Positions 30,264 through 39,443 of a stretch of 64,000 bases of DNA are shown piece after piece. The position numbers were made by a program, and so were the translations under genes. Source of the stretch: an uncultured delta proteobacterium (GTDB lineage Bacteria > Myxococcota > Myxococcia > SLRQ01); the NCBI GenBank assembly GCA_963727485.1, contig CAVSGM010000002.1, positions 608,001-672,000 of the forward strand. The letters are read 5' to 3'. The notes under the pieces were generated by a model, which was given only the letters and a program-made list of their open reading frames with translations, was not told the origin of the DNA and made no database searches. Each line of letters begins with the position of its first letter. Within the stretch, counting starts at the first letter, position 1.

Positions 30264-31264
30264 GAGGCCGCCTCCACCGGGGGCGCCGACGCGTCGCCGA
30301 GGAGCGGGGCGACCGCCGCCACCAGGCCCCGGGCGACCTCCGGCGGGTCGGCGGCCGCGAGGCGCGGGAGCCGCCGGGGCGAGAGGCCCGTCTCCGCCTC
30401 GAAGCCAGCGAGCCCCTCGGCCTGCACCGCCTCCCAGCCGAGGGCCCGACGGGCGGCCGCGGCCACCGCTCCCTCGAGGATCACCGCCGCCGGGACCCCG
30501 CCCGCCGCCGCGTCGACCGCCGGCGCCGCCGACGCCAGGGCCGCCACCGCCGCGCCGGTCCCGGCCGGGGACGCGGGCCGGCACCGGTTCACCACCACCT
30601 CGCCCAGGGGCAGGCGCAGGCCGTCCCGGACGCGCGCGACGATCTCGGCCGCCTCGGTGAGGGGCAGCTCCTCCGGGAGCGCCACCACGTGGACCCGGCT
30701 CCGTGCCGGATCCCGGAGGTAGGCGAGGACGTCCTCGGCCTCCCGGTGCACCAGGCCCGAGGCGAAGGTGCGCGCGGCGACCTCGGGCATCCCCAGGATC
30801 CCCAGGCCCCGGGCCGAGGCCCCGGCGTCGACCACCACCCCGTCCCAGGCCGGGGCGCCGCCCTCCTGGCGCCGGTACTCGTGGCGGACCTGGCCGATGA
30901 CCATCAGCTCCTTGAGCCCGGGCGCCGCGGCGACGAAGTACCGGTAGGCGCGGCTGTGGGTGAGGCTCCGGAGGAGCCAGGCGGTGGGCAAGAGGTCCGA
31001 GAGGTAGGTGGCGAGCGCCGCGGCCCCCTCGAGCCAGGCGTAGGTGAGCCCGGGCGTGCCGGCGACCGCCTGGAACCGCCCGGCCGCGCCGGGTGCCACG
31101 CCCAGGGCCCGGGCCAGCCCGTCCGGGCGCCCGACCTCCACCGCCAGGATCCGGCGCCCGGGCCCGGCGGCGGCGAGCGCCAGGGCCGCCGCCACCGTCG
31201 ATTTGCCCACGCCGCCCTTGCCCACGACGAAGTGGAGGCGGCGGGGGATTGGGGCGGAGGCCAT
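30260..31264 (-). CDS. ArsA/Get3-like ATPase (first of pair)
   Basis: VVGKGGVGKST, AAPGLKEL, VALPEELPLTEA, VVVNR. Confidence 0.82.
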   Translation of the reverse strand: MASAPIPRRLHFVVGKGGVGKSTVAAALALAAAGPGRRILAVEVGRPDGLARALGVAPGAAGRFQAVAGTPGLTYAWLEGAAALATYLSDLLPTAWLLRSLTHSRAYRYFVAAAPGLKELMVIGQVRHEYRRQEGGAPAWDGVVVDAGASARGLGILGMPEVAARTFASGLVHREAEDVLAYLRDPARSRVHVVALPEELPLTEAAEIVARVRDGLRLPLGEVVVNRCRPASPAGTGAAVAALASAAPAVDAAAGGVPAAVILEGAVAAAARRALGWEAVQAEGLAGFEAETGLSPRRLPRLAAADPPEVARGLVAAVAPLLGDASAPPVEAAS

Positions 31265-31307
31265 ACCCCAGTTGTAGGCGCACCGGCCCGCGCCGCCGCT
31301 CGGGGGA

Positions 31308-31796
31308 CTACTTGACCATGGCGTGCAGGATGTCGTCGGTCTTGACCACCATCCGGATGAAGGCCTTGTTGTGCAGGGTCTTCACCTTCCCGTCCGGACC
31401 ATAGGCGACGATGGCGGCGTACTCGATGCCGAGCTTCTTCGCCAGGGTGTTGCCCCCGTCGACCAGGATGGTCCCGCCGAGCTTCTGGGCGTAGGCCATG
31501 GCCGCGGCCGGGTCCTCCTGCCCGTAGACCACCTTCACCGCGTAGTCGTGGCTCTTGGCGAGGGCCTCCTCGGTCTGGATGGCCATCTTCAGCGGCCCCT
31601 TCTGCTGGTCGCCCGGCATCACGCCAAGGTAGAGCAGCACCCCCTCGGGACGTCCGCCGAGGTCGAGGAGGCTCGCCTGCTCCCCGGTGTTGGTGGGAAG
31701 GTCGATGTCGGGGACCCGCTTGGGGAAGAGCCAGGGCCTCGCCAGGAAGCCGACGGCCGCCACCAGGATCACACCGAGGAAGAGCTTGCCTTTCAT
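31308..31796 (-). CDS. Membrane-anchored thioredoxin/redoxin-like protein lacking Cys
   Basis: N-terminal TM; VPDIDLPTNTGEQASLLDL..ILVDGGNTLAKKLGI..GPDGKV resembles the AhpC/TSA fold. Confidence 0.5.
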   Translation of the reverse strand: MKGKLFLGVILVAAVGFLARPWLFPKRVPDIDLPTNTGEQASLLDLGGRPEGVLLYLGVMPGDQQKGPLKMAIQTEEALAKSHDYAVKVVYGQEDPAAAMAYAQKLGGTILVDGGNTLAKKLGIEYAAIVAYGPDGKVKTLHNKAFIRMVVKTDDILHAMVK

Positions 31797-31925
31797 CCAC
31801 GTCCTCCGAGTCGGAAGGGGTTGGGGTGCATCGCGGGGGCCGACGCCCTCGCCCCCGGAGCTCTGACGCCCGTGACCGGACCCCGTGGCCGTCAGACGCC
31901 CGGCGCCCCGGAGGTCGGCGACCCG

Positions 31926-32513
31926 ATGCCCGCCTGGAAAGAGCGCCTCGAACCTCTCCTCGAGGTCGAGGGCCCCGTGGACCGCGTGGACCTCGCGGGC
32001 CGGGCGGTGCTCTGGGTGGCCCTGGCCATCTGGGGCGTGCGGCTCATGGCCGTGCCCGTCGCCGGCGGCGCCATCGGCCGCTCGTGGATGCACCTGGTGA
32101 ACCTGCCCTTCCACGAGGCGGGCCACCTGATCTTCCTGCCCTTCGGCCACTTCCTGCACGTCCTCGGCGGCTCCTTGGGGCAGCTGCTGATGCCGCTGAT
32201 CGTGATTGTCGCCTTCCTCCGGCGGGGGAACCGCTTCGGGGCCACGGTGGGCCTGTGGTGGCTCGCCGAGAGCCTCATGGACCTGGCGCCCTACATCGAC
32301 GACGCGCGGGTCCAGCGGCTGGTGCTCCTCGGCGGGGTCACCGGGCAGCAGGTGCCCCACTACCACGACTGGAACGAGATCCTCGGCCTCCTCCACTGGA
32401 TGCGCTACGACCACCTCCTGGCCCACCTCGCCGAAGGGACGGGCATGGTGCTGATGCTCGCGGCGCTGGCCTGGGGCGCGGCGCTGCTGTGGCGGATGCG
32501 ACGGGTGGTGTAG
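31926..32513 (+). CDS. Integral membrane protein with HExxH motif (M50-like)
   Basis: NLPFHEAGH, LGGSLGQ, APYIDDA, HDWN; several TM helices. Confidence 0.7.
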   Translation: MPAWKERLEPLLEVEGPVDRVDLAGRAVLWVALAIWGVRLMAVPVAGGAIGRSWMHLVNLPFHEAGHLIFLPFGHFLHVLGGSLGQLLMPLIVIVAFLRRGNRFGATVGLWWLAESLMDLAPYIDDARVQRLVLLGGVTGQQVPHYHDWNEILGLLHWMRYDHLLAHLAEGTGMVLMLAALAWGAALLWRMRRVV

Positions 32514-32545
32514 GCTCCGCGCCCCACCCCCACCAGGAGGCGACC

Positions 32546-33439
32546 ATGGTCTCGGAGATCTTCGACCCCGCCCGCTGGGCGCCCGTCCCCGGCTTCGACC
32601 TCACCGACATCACCTACCATCGCGCCGTCGACGCCGGGGTGGTCCGGGTCGCCTTCAACCGCCCCGAGGTCAGAAACGCCTTCCGGCCCCACACCGTCGA
32701 CGAGCTCTACCGGGTCCTCGACCACGCCCGGCAGACCCCCGACGTGGGCGTGGTGATCCTCACCGGCAACGGGCCCTCGCCCAAGGACGGCGGCTGGGCC
32801 TTCTGCTCCGGGGGCGACCAGCGCATCCGCGGCAAGGACGGCTACAAGTACGAGGGCGCCGAGGGCGGCGCCGACCCCGCCCGCCTCGGGCGCCTGCACA
32901 TCCTCGAGGTCCAGCGCCTCATCCGTTTCATGCCCAAGGTGGTCATGGCGGTGGTCCCCGGGTGGGCGGTCGGCGGGGGCCACAGCCTCCACGTGGTCTG
33001 CGACCTGACCCTGGCGAGCCGGGAGCACGCGGTGTTCAAGCAGACCGACGCCGACGTGGCGAGCTTCGACGCCGGCTACGGCTCGGCGTACCTGGCGCGG
33101 ATGGTGGGCCAGAAGCGCGCCCGGGAGATCTTCTTCCTCGGGCGCAACTACTCGGCGGACGAGGCGGCGGCCATGGGCATGGTCAACGCCTCGGTGCCCC
33201 ACGCCGAGCTCGAGGCCACCGCCCTCGAGTGGGCCAGGGAGATCCTGGGCAAGAGCCCCACGGCCATCCGGATGCTCAAGTTCGCCATGAACCTGGTGGA
33301 CGACGGGCTGGTGGGCCAGCAGCTCTTCGCCGGGGAGGCGACGCGGCTCGCCTACGGCACCGAGGAGGCCGCCGAGGGCCGGGACGCGTTCCTGGAGAAG
33401 CGGCCCCAGGACTTCCAGAAGTTCCCCTGGCACTACTGA
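32546..33439 (+). CDS. menB: 1,4-dihydroxy-2-naphthoyl-CoA synthase
   Basis: RPEVRNAFRPHT, AFCSGGDQR, HILEVQRLIR, GGGHSLH, VASFDAGYGS, EGRDAFLEKR. Confidence 0.93.
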   Translation: MVSEIFDPARWAPVPGFDLTDITYHRAVDAGVVRVAFNRPEVRNAFRPHTVDELYRVLDHARQTPDVGVVILTGNGPSPKDGGWAFCSGGDQRIRGKDGYKYEGAEGGADPARLGRLHILEVQRLIRFMPKVVMAVVPGWAVGGGHSLHVVCDLTLASREHAVFKQTDADVASFDAGYGSAYLARMVGQKRAREIFFLGRNYSADEAAAMGMVNASVPHAELEATALEWAREILGKSPTAIRMLKFAMNLVDDGLVGQQLFAGEATRLAYGTEEAAEGRDAFLEKRPQDFQKFPWHY

Positions 33440-33825
33440 CCGGGCGGGCTGCCCCGGTAGACCACCACCCGGTAGCCCTCGGGATCCTCGAAGGTGCGCC
33501 CGTGGGCATCCCAGTAGGGGTTCCGGGAGGCCACCGGTCGGAAGCCCGCGCCCTCGAGGGCCGCGCACCGCGCCGCGTACGCCCCGGGGTCGGGGAGGTA
33601 GAGCACCAGGAGGTCCTCGTCGGTGGGGGTCGGGCGCACCGGGTGGGCGGCGTCGCGGGTGAGCTCGAGGTGCCAGGCCCCGCCGGGGAGGCCGACCATG
33701 GCGCCGTCGAACCCCTCGTGGTCCTGGAACCGGCCGAGGATCTCGAGGCCGAGGCCGGCGCGGTAGCGCTCGGCGGCGGCGGCGACGTCGGCGGTGGGGC
33801 GGGCGATGCGGATGCGCGGGAGCAT
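33433..33825 (-). CDS. VOC family protein (YycE-like)
   Basis: RIARPT, FQDHEGFDG, HLELT, LLVLYLP, NPYW..G.TFEDPEGYRVV. Confidence 0.82.
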   Translation of the reverse strand: MLPRIRIARPTADVAAAAERYRAGLGLEILGRFQDHEGFDGAMVGLPGGAWHLELTRDAAHPVRPTPTDEDLLVLYLPDPGAYAARCAALEGAGFRPVASRNPYWDAHGRTFEDPEGYRVVVYRGSPPGQ

Positions 33826-33866
33826 CCCGTCAGGGTGGTCCGGCCGGGGCCGGCGGCAAGCGCGGC

Positions 33867-35675
33867 GTGGTAACCTGGAGGCCGCCCCTGCGTCAGGCCC
33901 TGCGAGTGACCGTGTCCGCGCCGCCCCCCGACGAAGCCCTGCTCCGAGAGCTGTCCGCCGGAGGTGTCCTCTCCGTGGCGGGCCGGGACCGGGTGGAGAC
34001 GGCCTGGAAGGCCCGGGGCGGCCTGGTCACCGACGCCCTCCTGGAGCTGGGGGTGTGCACCGAGACCCAGTTCCTCCGCTACTTCGCGGTGAAGTACGCC
34101 ACTCGGTTCATCAGCGCCTCGCGCCTCGCCCCCACCCGGGTCCCCGACGACGTCCGCGACCGGGTGCCGGTGCGCCTCGCCGAGAGCCAGGGCGTGGTGC
34201 CCCTCTTCTACGATCCGCGCCAGGACACCCTGAGCGTCGCCGCCGCCGTGCCCCTGGCCCCGGCCCGGCTCACCGCGGTGCGCCGGGCCGCCGGGGTCGA
34301 GCACCTGGAGTTCTTCGTGGTCACCTGGGCCGCCGTGCGCGCGGCGATCCGCAAGCACTACTACTCCGACCCCGACGCCTTCGCCGACATCGGCCCCGGG
34401 GGCTTCGGCCCCCCGCCGCTGCCTCCCGCCGAGCCCGCCCCCGAGCGCCCCACCGAGAAGACCCGGGTCCTCTACGCCTCGGACCTCGACATGCTCCTGG
34501 CGCTGCGCCAGGAGAACGCCCGGTTCCGCATCGCCCAGGCCTTCCACCAGCGGGTGCGCACCGACGACGACCTCAAGCGCCAGCTCGACCACATCCTCGA
34601 GGTGGTCACCGACCTCTTCGCCTCGGACACGGCGATCATCCGCCTCGAGAGCGGCGAGCTGGCGGCGAGGAGCCGGCTGCCCAACCCCGACGTCCACATC
34701 CCCAGCTCGCTGGTGGCCCGGGCCCTGAAGACCCCCGAGGGGCTCCTGCGCACCGGCATCCCCGCCGTCCCCGCCGGCGACACCTCCAAGAGCGTGGTGG
34801 CCCGGGGGGTGAAGAGCGCCCTGGTCATGCCCCTGCGCAGCGCCGACGCCACCCTCGGGGTCCTCTACCTCGAGTCCCTCTCGTCCCCGGACGCCTTCGA
34901 CGAGAACGATCGCGCCCTCCTCGAGGCGGTGAGCGCCCAGGCGGCGACGGTGATCCACAACGCCCAGCTCCTCCACCAGGCGCGCCGGGACGCCCAGGCC
35001 CGGACCAACCTCTCGCGCTTCCTTCCGCCCGAGTTGGTGGAGCAGGCGGTGGCCGGGAGCCTGGACCTGCGCCTCGAGGGGCAGAGCGCGGTGGTCACCG
35101 TGCTCTACGCCGACATCCGCGGGTTCACCGCCGCCACCGAGGCGGTGGGCGCCGGGGAGGTGGTGCGCCTGCTCGGCCGCTTCTACGACGAGATGACCCA
35201 GGCGGTCTTCGCCACCGGGGGCATGGTCGACAAGTTCATGGGCGACGGGGTGATGGCGGTGTGGGGCGCGCCGCTGTCCCGGGAGGACCACGCGGTGAGG
35301 GCCCTCGACACCGCCGCGGACATGGTGCGCCGGGCGCGCGGGATCGCGCTCGGCGGGCGCCCGCTCCCGGTGGCGGTGGGCGTGGCCACCGGCGAGGGGA
35401 TCATGGGCGCCATCGGCTCGGCGCGGCGGATGGACTACACGGTCATCGGGCCGGCGGTGAACATCGCCTCGCGGCTCTGCGACGCGGCCGCCGGCGGAGA
35501 GGTCTGGCTCACCGAGGAGACCCGCCGGGCCGCCGGCCTCGCCGACCAGGCCACCGTGGACCTGGGGCCAAAGCGCCTCAAGGGGCTCGCCGGGCCCCTC
35601 ACGGTCCACCGCCTCGGGTCGCCAGCGCGCCCCGGGGACAACTCCCCAGTGTCTCCCCCAATCCTGGGCGCGTAG
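33867..35675 (+). CDS. Class III adenylate cyclase with N-terminal T2SSE_N/MshEN-like and GAF domains
   Basis: N-terminal DALLELGVCTETQF..VPVRLAESQGVVPL..LSVA; GAF KSALVMPL..GVLYL..FDEND; cyclase LYADIRGFT, DKFMGDGVM, DYTVIGPAVNIASRL. Confidence 0.85.
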   Translation: MVTWRPPLRQALRVTVSAPPPDEALLRELSAGGVLSVAGRDRVETAWKARGGLVTDALLELGVCTETQFLRYFAVKYATRFISASRLAPTRVPDDVRDRVPVRLAESQGVVPLFYDPRQDTLSVAAAVPLAPARLTAVRRAAGVEHLEFFVVTWAAVRAAIRKHYYSDPDAFADIGPGGFGPPPLPPAEPAPERPTEKTRVLYASDLDMLLALRQENARFRIAQAFHQRVRTDDDLKRQLDHILEVVTDLFASDTAIIRLESGELAARSRLPNPDVHIPSSLVARALKTPEGLLRTGIPAVPAGDTSKSVVARGVKSALVMPLRSADATLGVLYLESLSSPDAFDENDRALLEAVSAQAATVIHNAQLLHQARRDAQARTNLSRFLPPELVEQAVAGSLDLRLEGQSAVVTVLYADIRGFTAATEAVGAGEVVRLLGRFYDEMTQAVFATGGMVDKFMGDGVMAVWGAPLSREDHAVRALDTAADMVRRARGIALGGRPLPVAVGVATGEGIMGAIGSARRMDYTVIGPAVNIASRLCDAAAGGEVWLTEETRRAAGLADQATVDLGPKRLKGLAGPLTVHRLGSPARPGDNSPVSPPILGA

Positions 35676-35763
35676 AATCCCACTTGGGTTCGGCGCGGTC
35701 GTGACGGGGGAACCTGGCGTCCTGGGGGGGACGCGCGACGACGCGCCGGGCCCGTTTTGCGTC

Positions 35764-38700
35764 CTACTGCTCGGGCCCCACGTCCTGGTCCGGCTCCGGG
35801 GTCTCGTAGCCGCGTACCCGGATGAGGTCGAGGCCCCCGCGCACCTGGGCCGGGGCGAAGCCGAACTGGCCGGGGCCCAGGTGGGTGCTGTCGGTGGCGC
35901 TCAACGCCGGCGGAATCCGTCAGCGGGCTGTTCCACCAGAAGGCCTGCTGGTCACCCCACACGGCGTAGCGGCACACCTGGGTGCCGAACGGCCAGTAGT
36001 AGTCGGTGGCGGGGCTGTAGACGGTGTTGCTGCGCTCGCCGTTCTGCCAGCTGTCCACGGTGATCCCCGGGGACACGTAGCTGCCGTGGGAGAAGTCCAG
36101 GTAGTAGTGGGTGCCGTTGCTGACCAGCTGCGCCCGCTGGACCAGGGCCACGGTGGCGTTGGTCTGGTAGTTGAGGTCGGCGTCGAACTGCACCTCGACC
36201 AGGGCGTCGGCCACCGGCGGCGCCTTGGGGTAGACGTCGGACTGGACGTTGTCCCCGGTGTCGAAGGTGAGGCGCTGGCCGGCGGCGTCATAGCCCGGGG
36301 CGAGGTACTGGTTCACCGCCCCGTGGATGTCCACGTACTTCTGCTGGGTGTAGCTGGCCCGGGTGTCGGCGCTGAAGTCGTCGTACCAGAGGTAGACCCT
36401 GGTCGGGTCCGCCGGGGGTGCGGTGGCCGCCGCGTCGTCGTAGTAGAGGAAGTACTCGGGGTCGCCGGCGATGCCGCCCACGTCCTTCTGGCTGGCAAAG
36501 GCCACCAGGGCCGTGGAGGTGTTCCAGGTGGCGGCGGCCGCCGGGACCTGGTGGGGGCCGTCGTCGACCCGGTCGAGCTCGACGTTGGTGCCGGCGTCGC
36601 AGTAGACGACCCGGACGTCGTCGCCGCTGGCCAGGGCCTTGCCGGCGGCGACCAGGGCCGCGTGGTCGACGGGGAGGGTGACGGTGTAGCCGGCGGTGAG
36701 GGTCCGGGTGCTGCGGTTGGCGACGGTGAAGCGCACCCGGTGCTGGTAGGCGCTGTCCCACCACCCGCAGGCGCTCGGGCCGGCGCAGTCCAGATCCTGG
36801 GTGTCGATGAAGCTGTCGCAGTCGTTGTCCTTGCCGTCGCTGCAGGTCGGCGCGCCGTAGGGGCCCTCGGCGGCGCCGGGGTGGACGGTGGGGTCGGTGT
36901 CGTCGCAGTCGGTGTGGTCGGTGACGTCGGTGGGGCTGACCCGGGCGCAGGCGGCGCCGGTGGCGGTCATGTCCCCGTAGCCGTCGCCGTCGGCGTCGGG
37001 GTACCAGGTGACGCCGGGGTGCTCGGCGGGGTCGGCGTCGTTGCAGTCGGTGTCCACCGCCGAGGTCGGCGCCGAGCCGTCGGAGCAGTCGAGGTTGGTG
37101 TCGTCGACCACCACGGTGGAGCCGTAGCCGTCGCCATCCTGGTCCTGGTAGCAGGCGTCGACGCCGTTGCAGTCCTGGTCGATGCCGTCGGCGACCACCT
37201 CGGTGGCGCCGGGGTGGACGGTGGGGTCGGCGTCGTTGCAGTCGGTGGCGTCGGCGACGTAGCCGGCCGGGGCGGTGCAGCCACCCCAGATCCACTGGGT
37301 GGGGTCGCCATGGCCGTCGGCGTCGGCGTCGCGGTACCAGCGCTGGGTGGCCCCGTCGTCGACGGTGCCATTGCAGTCGTCGTCCTTCCCGTCGCAGGTC
37401 TCGGCGGTGGGGCCGGTGTAGCCCTGGCAGGCGCCCCAGAGGCCGCCGGTGCAGGTCTGGGTCCCCGGCTGGCAGACGCCCACGCTCGAGCCACAGGCCT
37501 TTGTGGCGCCGTCGGTGCAGCCGCAGCCCTCGTCCACGGTGCCGTCGCAGTTGTCGTCGACGCCGTTGCACACCTCCGCGGTGGGCCCGGTGCCGCCGTT
37601 GCAGGCGCTCCACTGGCCCCCGGCGCAGGCCTGGGTGCCGGGCTGGCAGGCGCCCACCCCCGAGCCGCAGCTCCGGGTGGTGCCGTCGACGCAGTTGCAC
37701 CCCGGGTCGACGACGCCGTCGCAGTTGTCGTCGATGCCGTTGCACACCTCGGTGGCCCCCGGGTGCACGCTGGCGTTGCCGTCGTTGCAGTCGTCGCCGA
37801 GGGACACGTAGCCCGTCGGCGCCCCGCAGGCCTGCACCGAGGTGGCCGGATCGCCGTGGCCGTCCCCGTCGGTGTCGGCGTACCAGGTGGTGTCGAGGCG
37901 GTCGTCGACCACGCCGTTGCAGTCGTCGTCCTTCCCGTCGCAGACCTCCGGCGTGGGGGGCACGTCCCCCTGGCACACCGACCAGAACCCGGCGTCGCAG
38001 CTCTGGGTGCCCGTCTGGCACACGCCCACGTCGGTGCCGCAGACCTGGGTGGCCGGCGCGGTGCAGGCGCAGCCCTCGTCGACGCTGCCGTTGCAGTCGT
38101 CGTCCTTCCCGTCACAGACCTCGGGCGTGGGCAGAGTGGCGCCGGTGCAGTCGCCCCAGGCGCCGGTGGTGCAGCTCTGGGTGCCCGGGACGCAGGCGCC
38201 GATGCTCGAGCCGCAGCTGCGGCTGTCGCCGGCGGTGCAGCTGCAGCCCTCGTCCACGCCGCCGTTGCAGTCGTCGTCGCGGCCGTCGCAGACCTCGGTG
38301 GCCCCCGGGTGGATCGCCGGGTTCGAGTCGTCGCAGTCGTCGCCGGCGGCGACGTAGCCCGCCGGGGCGACGCAGGCGAGGACCATCTTCCGCGGGTCGC
38401 CGTGGCCGTCGCCGTCGCCGTCGGCGTACCACCGGGTCGCGTTCGCCGGGTCGCAGGCGACCCCGCCGTCGCCGAGGCCGTGCCGCCGTCGCCGACCGTG
38501 CCGCCATCGCCGACCGTGCCGCCGTCGCAGACCGTGCCGCCGTCGGAGACCGTGCCGCCGTCGGCGACCGTGCCGCCGTCGCAGACCGTGCCGCCGTCGC
38601 AGACCGTCCCGCCGTCGGAGACCGTCCCGCCGTCGCCGAGACCGTGCCGCCGTCGCCGACGACCTGCCCCGCGTCGCCGCCAGCCCCCCCAGTGCCGCCA

Positions 38701-38816
38701 TCGGCCCGGCGTCCGGCGGTGGTCCCGCAGTCGCAGGCCCCGCCGAAGATCACCGCTCCCAGCAGGGCGGCGACACCGACGCCCTGCGCGAATACCGACC
38801 GTGCCCGGGGTTGCAT
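35764..38816 (-). CDS. Large Cys-rich surface (lipo)protein with putative metal-binding (MopE-like) repeats and a DUF2341-like C-terminal domain (frameshifts near 38640, 38477 and 35914)
   Basis: Signal/lipobox GACDCG; many WYxDxDGDGxG and DCxDxxxxxHPGAxEVCDGxDDDCNG repeats; C-terminal WWD..RVRF..DVRV..YLYY..IRVRGYETPEP; TAG at 35764. Confidence 0.75.
38478..38659. repeat. Tandem 18-bp repeat x10 encoding xDGGTV linker
   Basis: Unit CCGTGCCGCCGTCGnnGA repeated 10 times; one unit is 20 nt. Confidence 0.9.
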
Positions 38817-38898
38817 TGCCCCACCCTACCAGCGCACCAAAGCGCTGTCAGGCGCATGGGCAACGGGTCAAACGCGACCCGGGCCAGGGGGCACGTCG

Positions 38899-39327
38899 TC
38901 AGTTGCAGCTCGGCGAGGCCCCGACCCGGCGCACGCCGTAGTGGTCGCTGAGCCGGTAGTTGAACCACTGCATCCGCCCGGCGCCCCAGTGGTCGGCGCG
39001 GTAGACGGTCTTGGAGCGGCCATTCTGGAGGACGAGGTTGCGGCCCTCGAGGTGCCAGCGGAAGCCGTGGTGGCCACCGGGGAGCGGCAGGGGCCCCTTG
39101 GGCGTCTGGCTGTAGACGCCGGTGCCGTCGGCCTTGAACTGCCAGGTGATGCGCATGTCGCGCATGGGCTTGCCGTCGATGTCCACGTGCTCCCAGGTCC
39201 CGAGGAGATCGCAGCGGAGCTGGCCGGCCTGGGTCTGGTCGAGGGGCGCGGGCGCCACCGGGGTGGCGTGGGCGCAGCCGGCGAGGACGAGGATGGCGGG
39301 CAGGGCGAAGACGAGACGGCGGGACAT
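38899..39327 (-). CDS. Lipoprotein (lipocalin-like beta fold)
   Basis: Lipobox LVLAGC; LLGTW..WQFKADGTG..WHLEG. Confidence 0.6.
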   Translation of the reverse strand: MSRRLVFALPAILVLAGCAHATPVAPAPLDQTQAGQLRCDLLGTWEHVDIDGKPMRDMRITWQFKADGTGVYSQTPKGPLPLPGGHHGFRWHLEGRNLVLQNGRSKTVYRADHWGAGRMQWFNYRLSDHYGVRRVGASPSCN

Positions 39328-39443
39328 GAGCGGGCCTCCGGGCAGCGGATGGGGCAGGATTGGTACAGGGTCCGACCCTAGCAGCCCCATCGGGCCCTGT
39401 CCCGAACGGCCCGGCCCGGGGACGCGCCCAGGCGCGCGTCGCG

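Noticed and set aside
29121..31264. Arsenic resistance operon
   Set aside because: There are no arsR/B/C/D or acr3 genes, and the ATPases are single-domain without the evident metalloid-binding Cys set.
32546..33439. Possible functional link between menB and the benzoyl-CoA reductase cluster
   Set aside because: It lies 14 kb away, separated by unrelated genes, and is a canonical MenB.
38478..38659. Regular short repeats resembling a CRISPR array
   Set aside because: Units are contiguous 18-mers with no unique spacers, encode an xDGGTV linker, and no cas genes are present.
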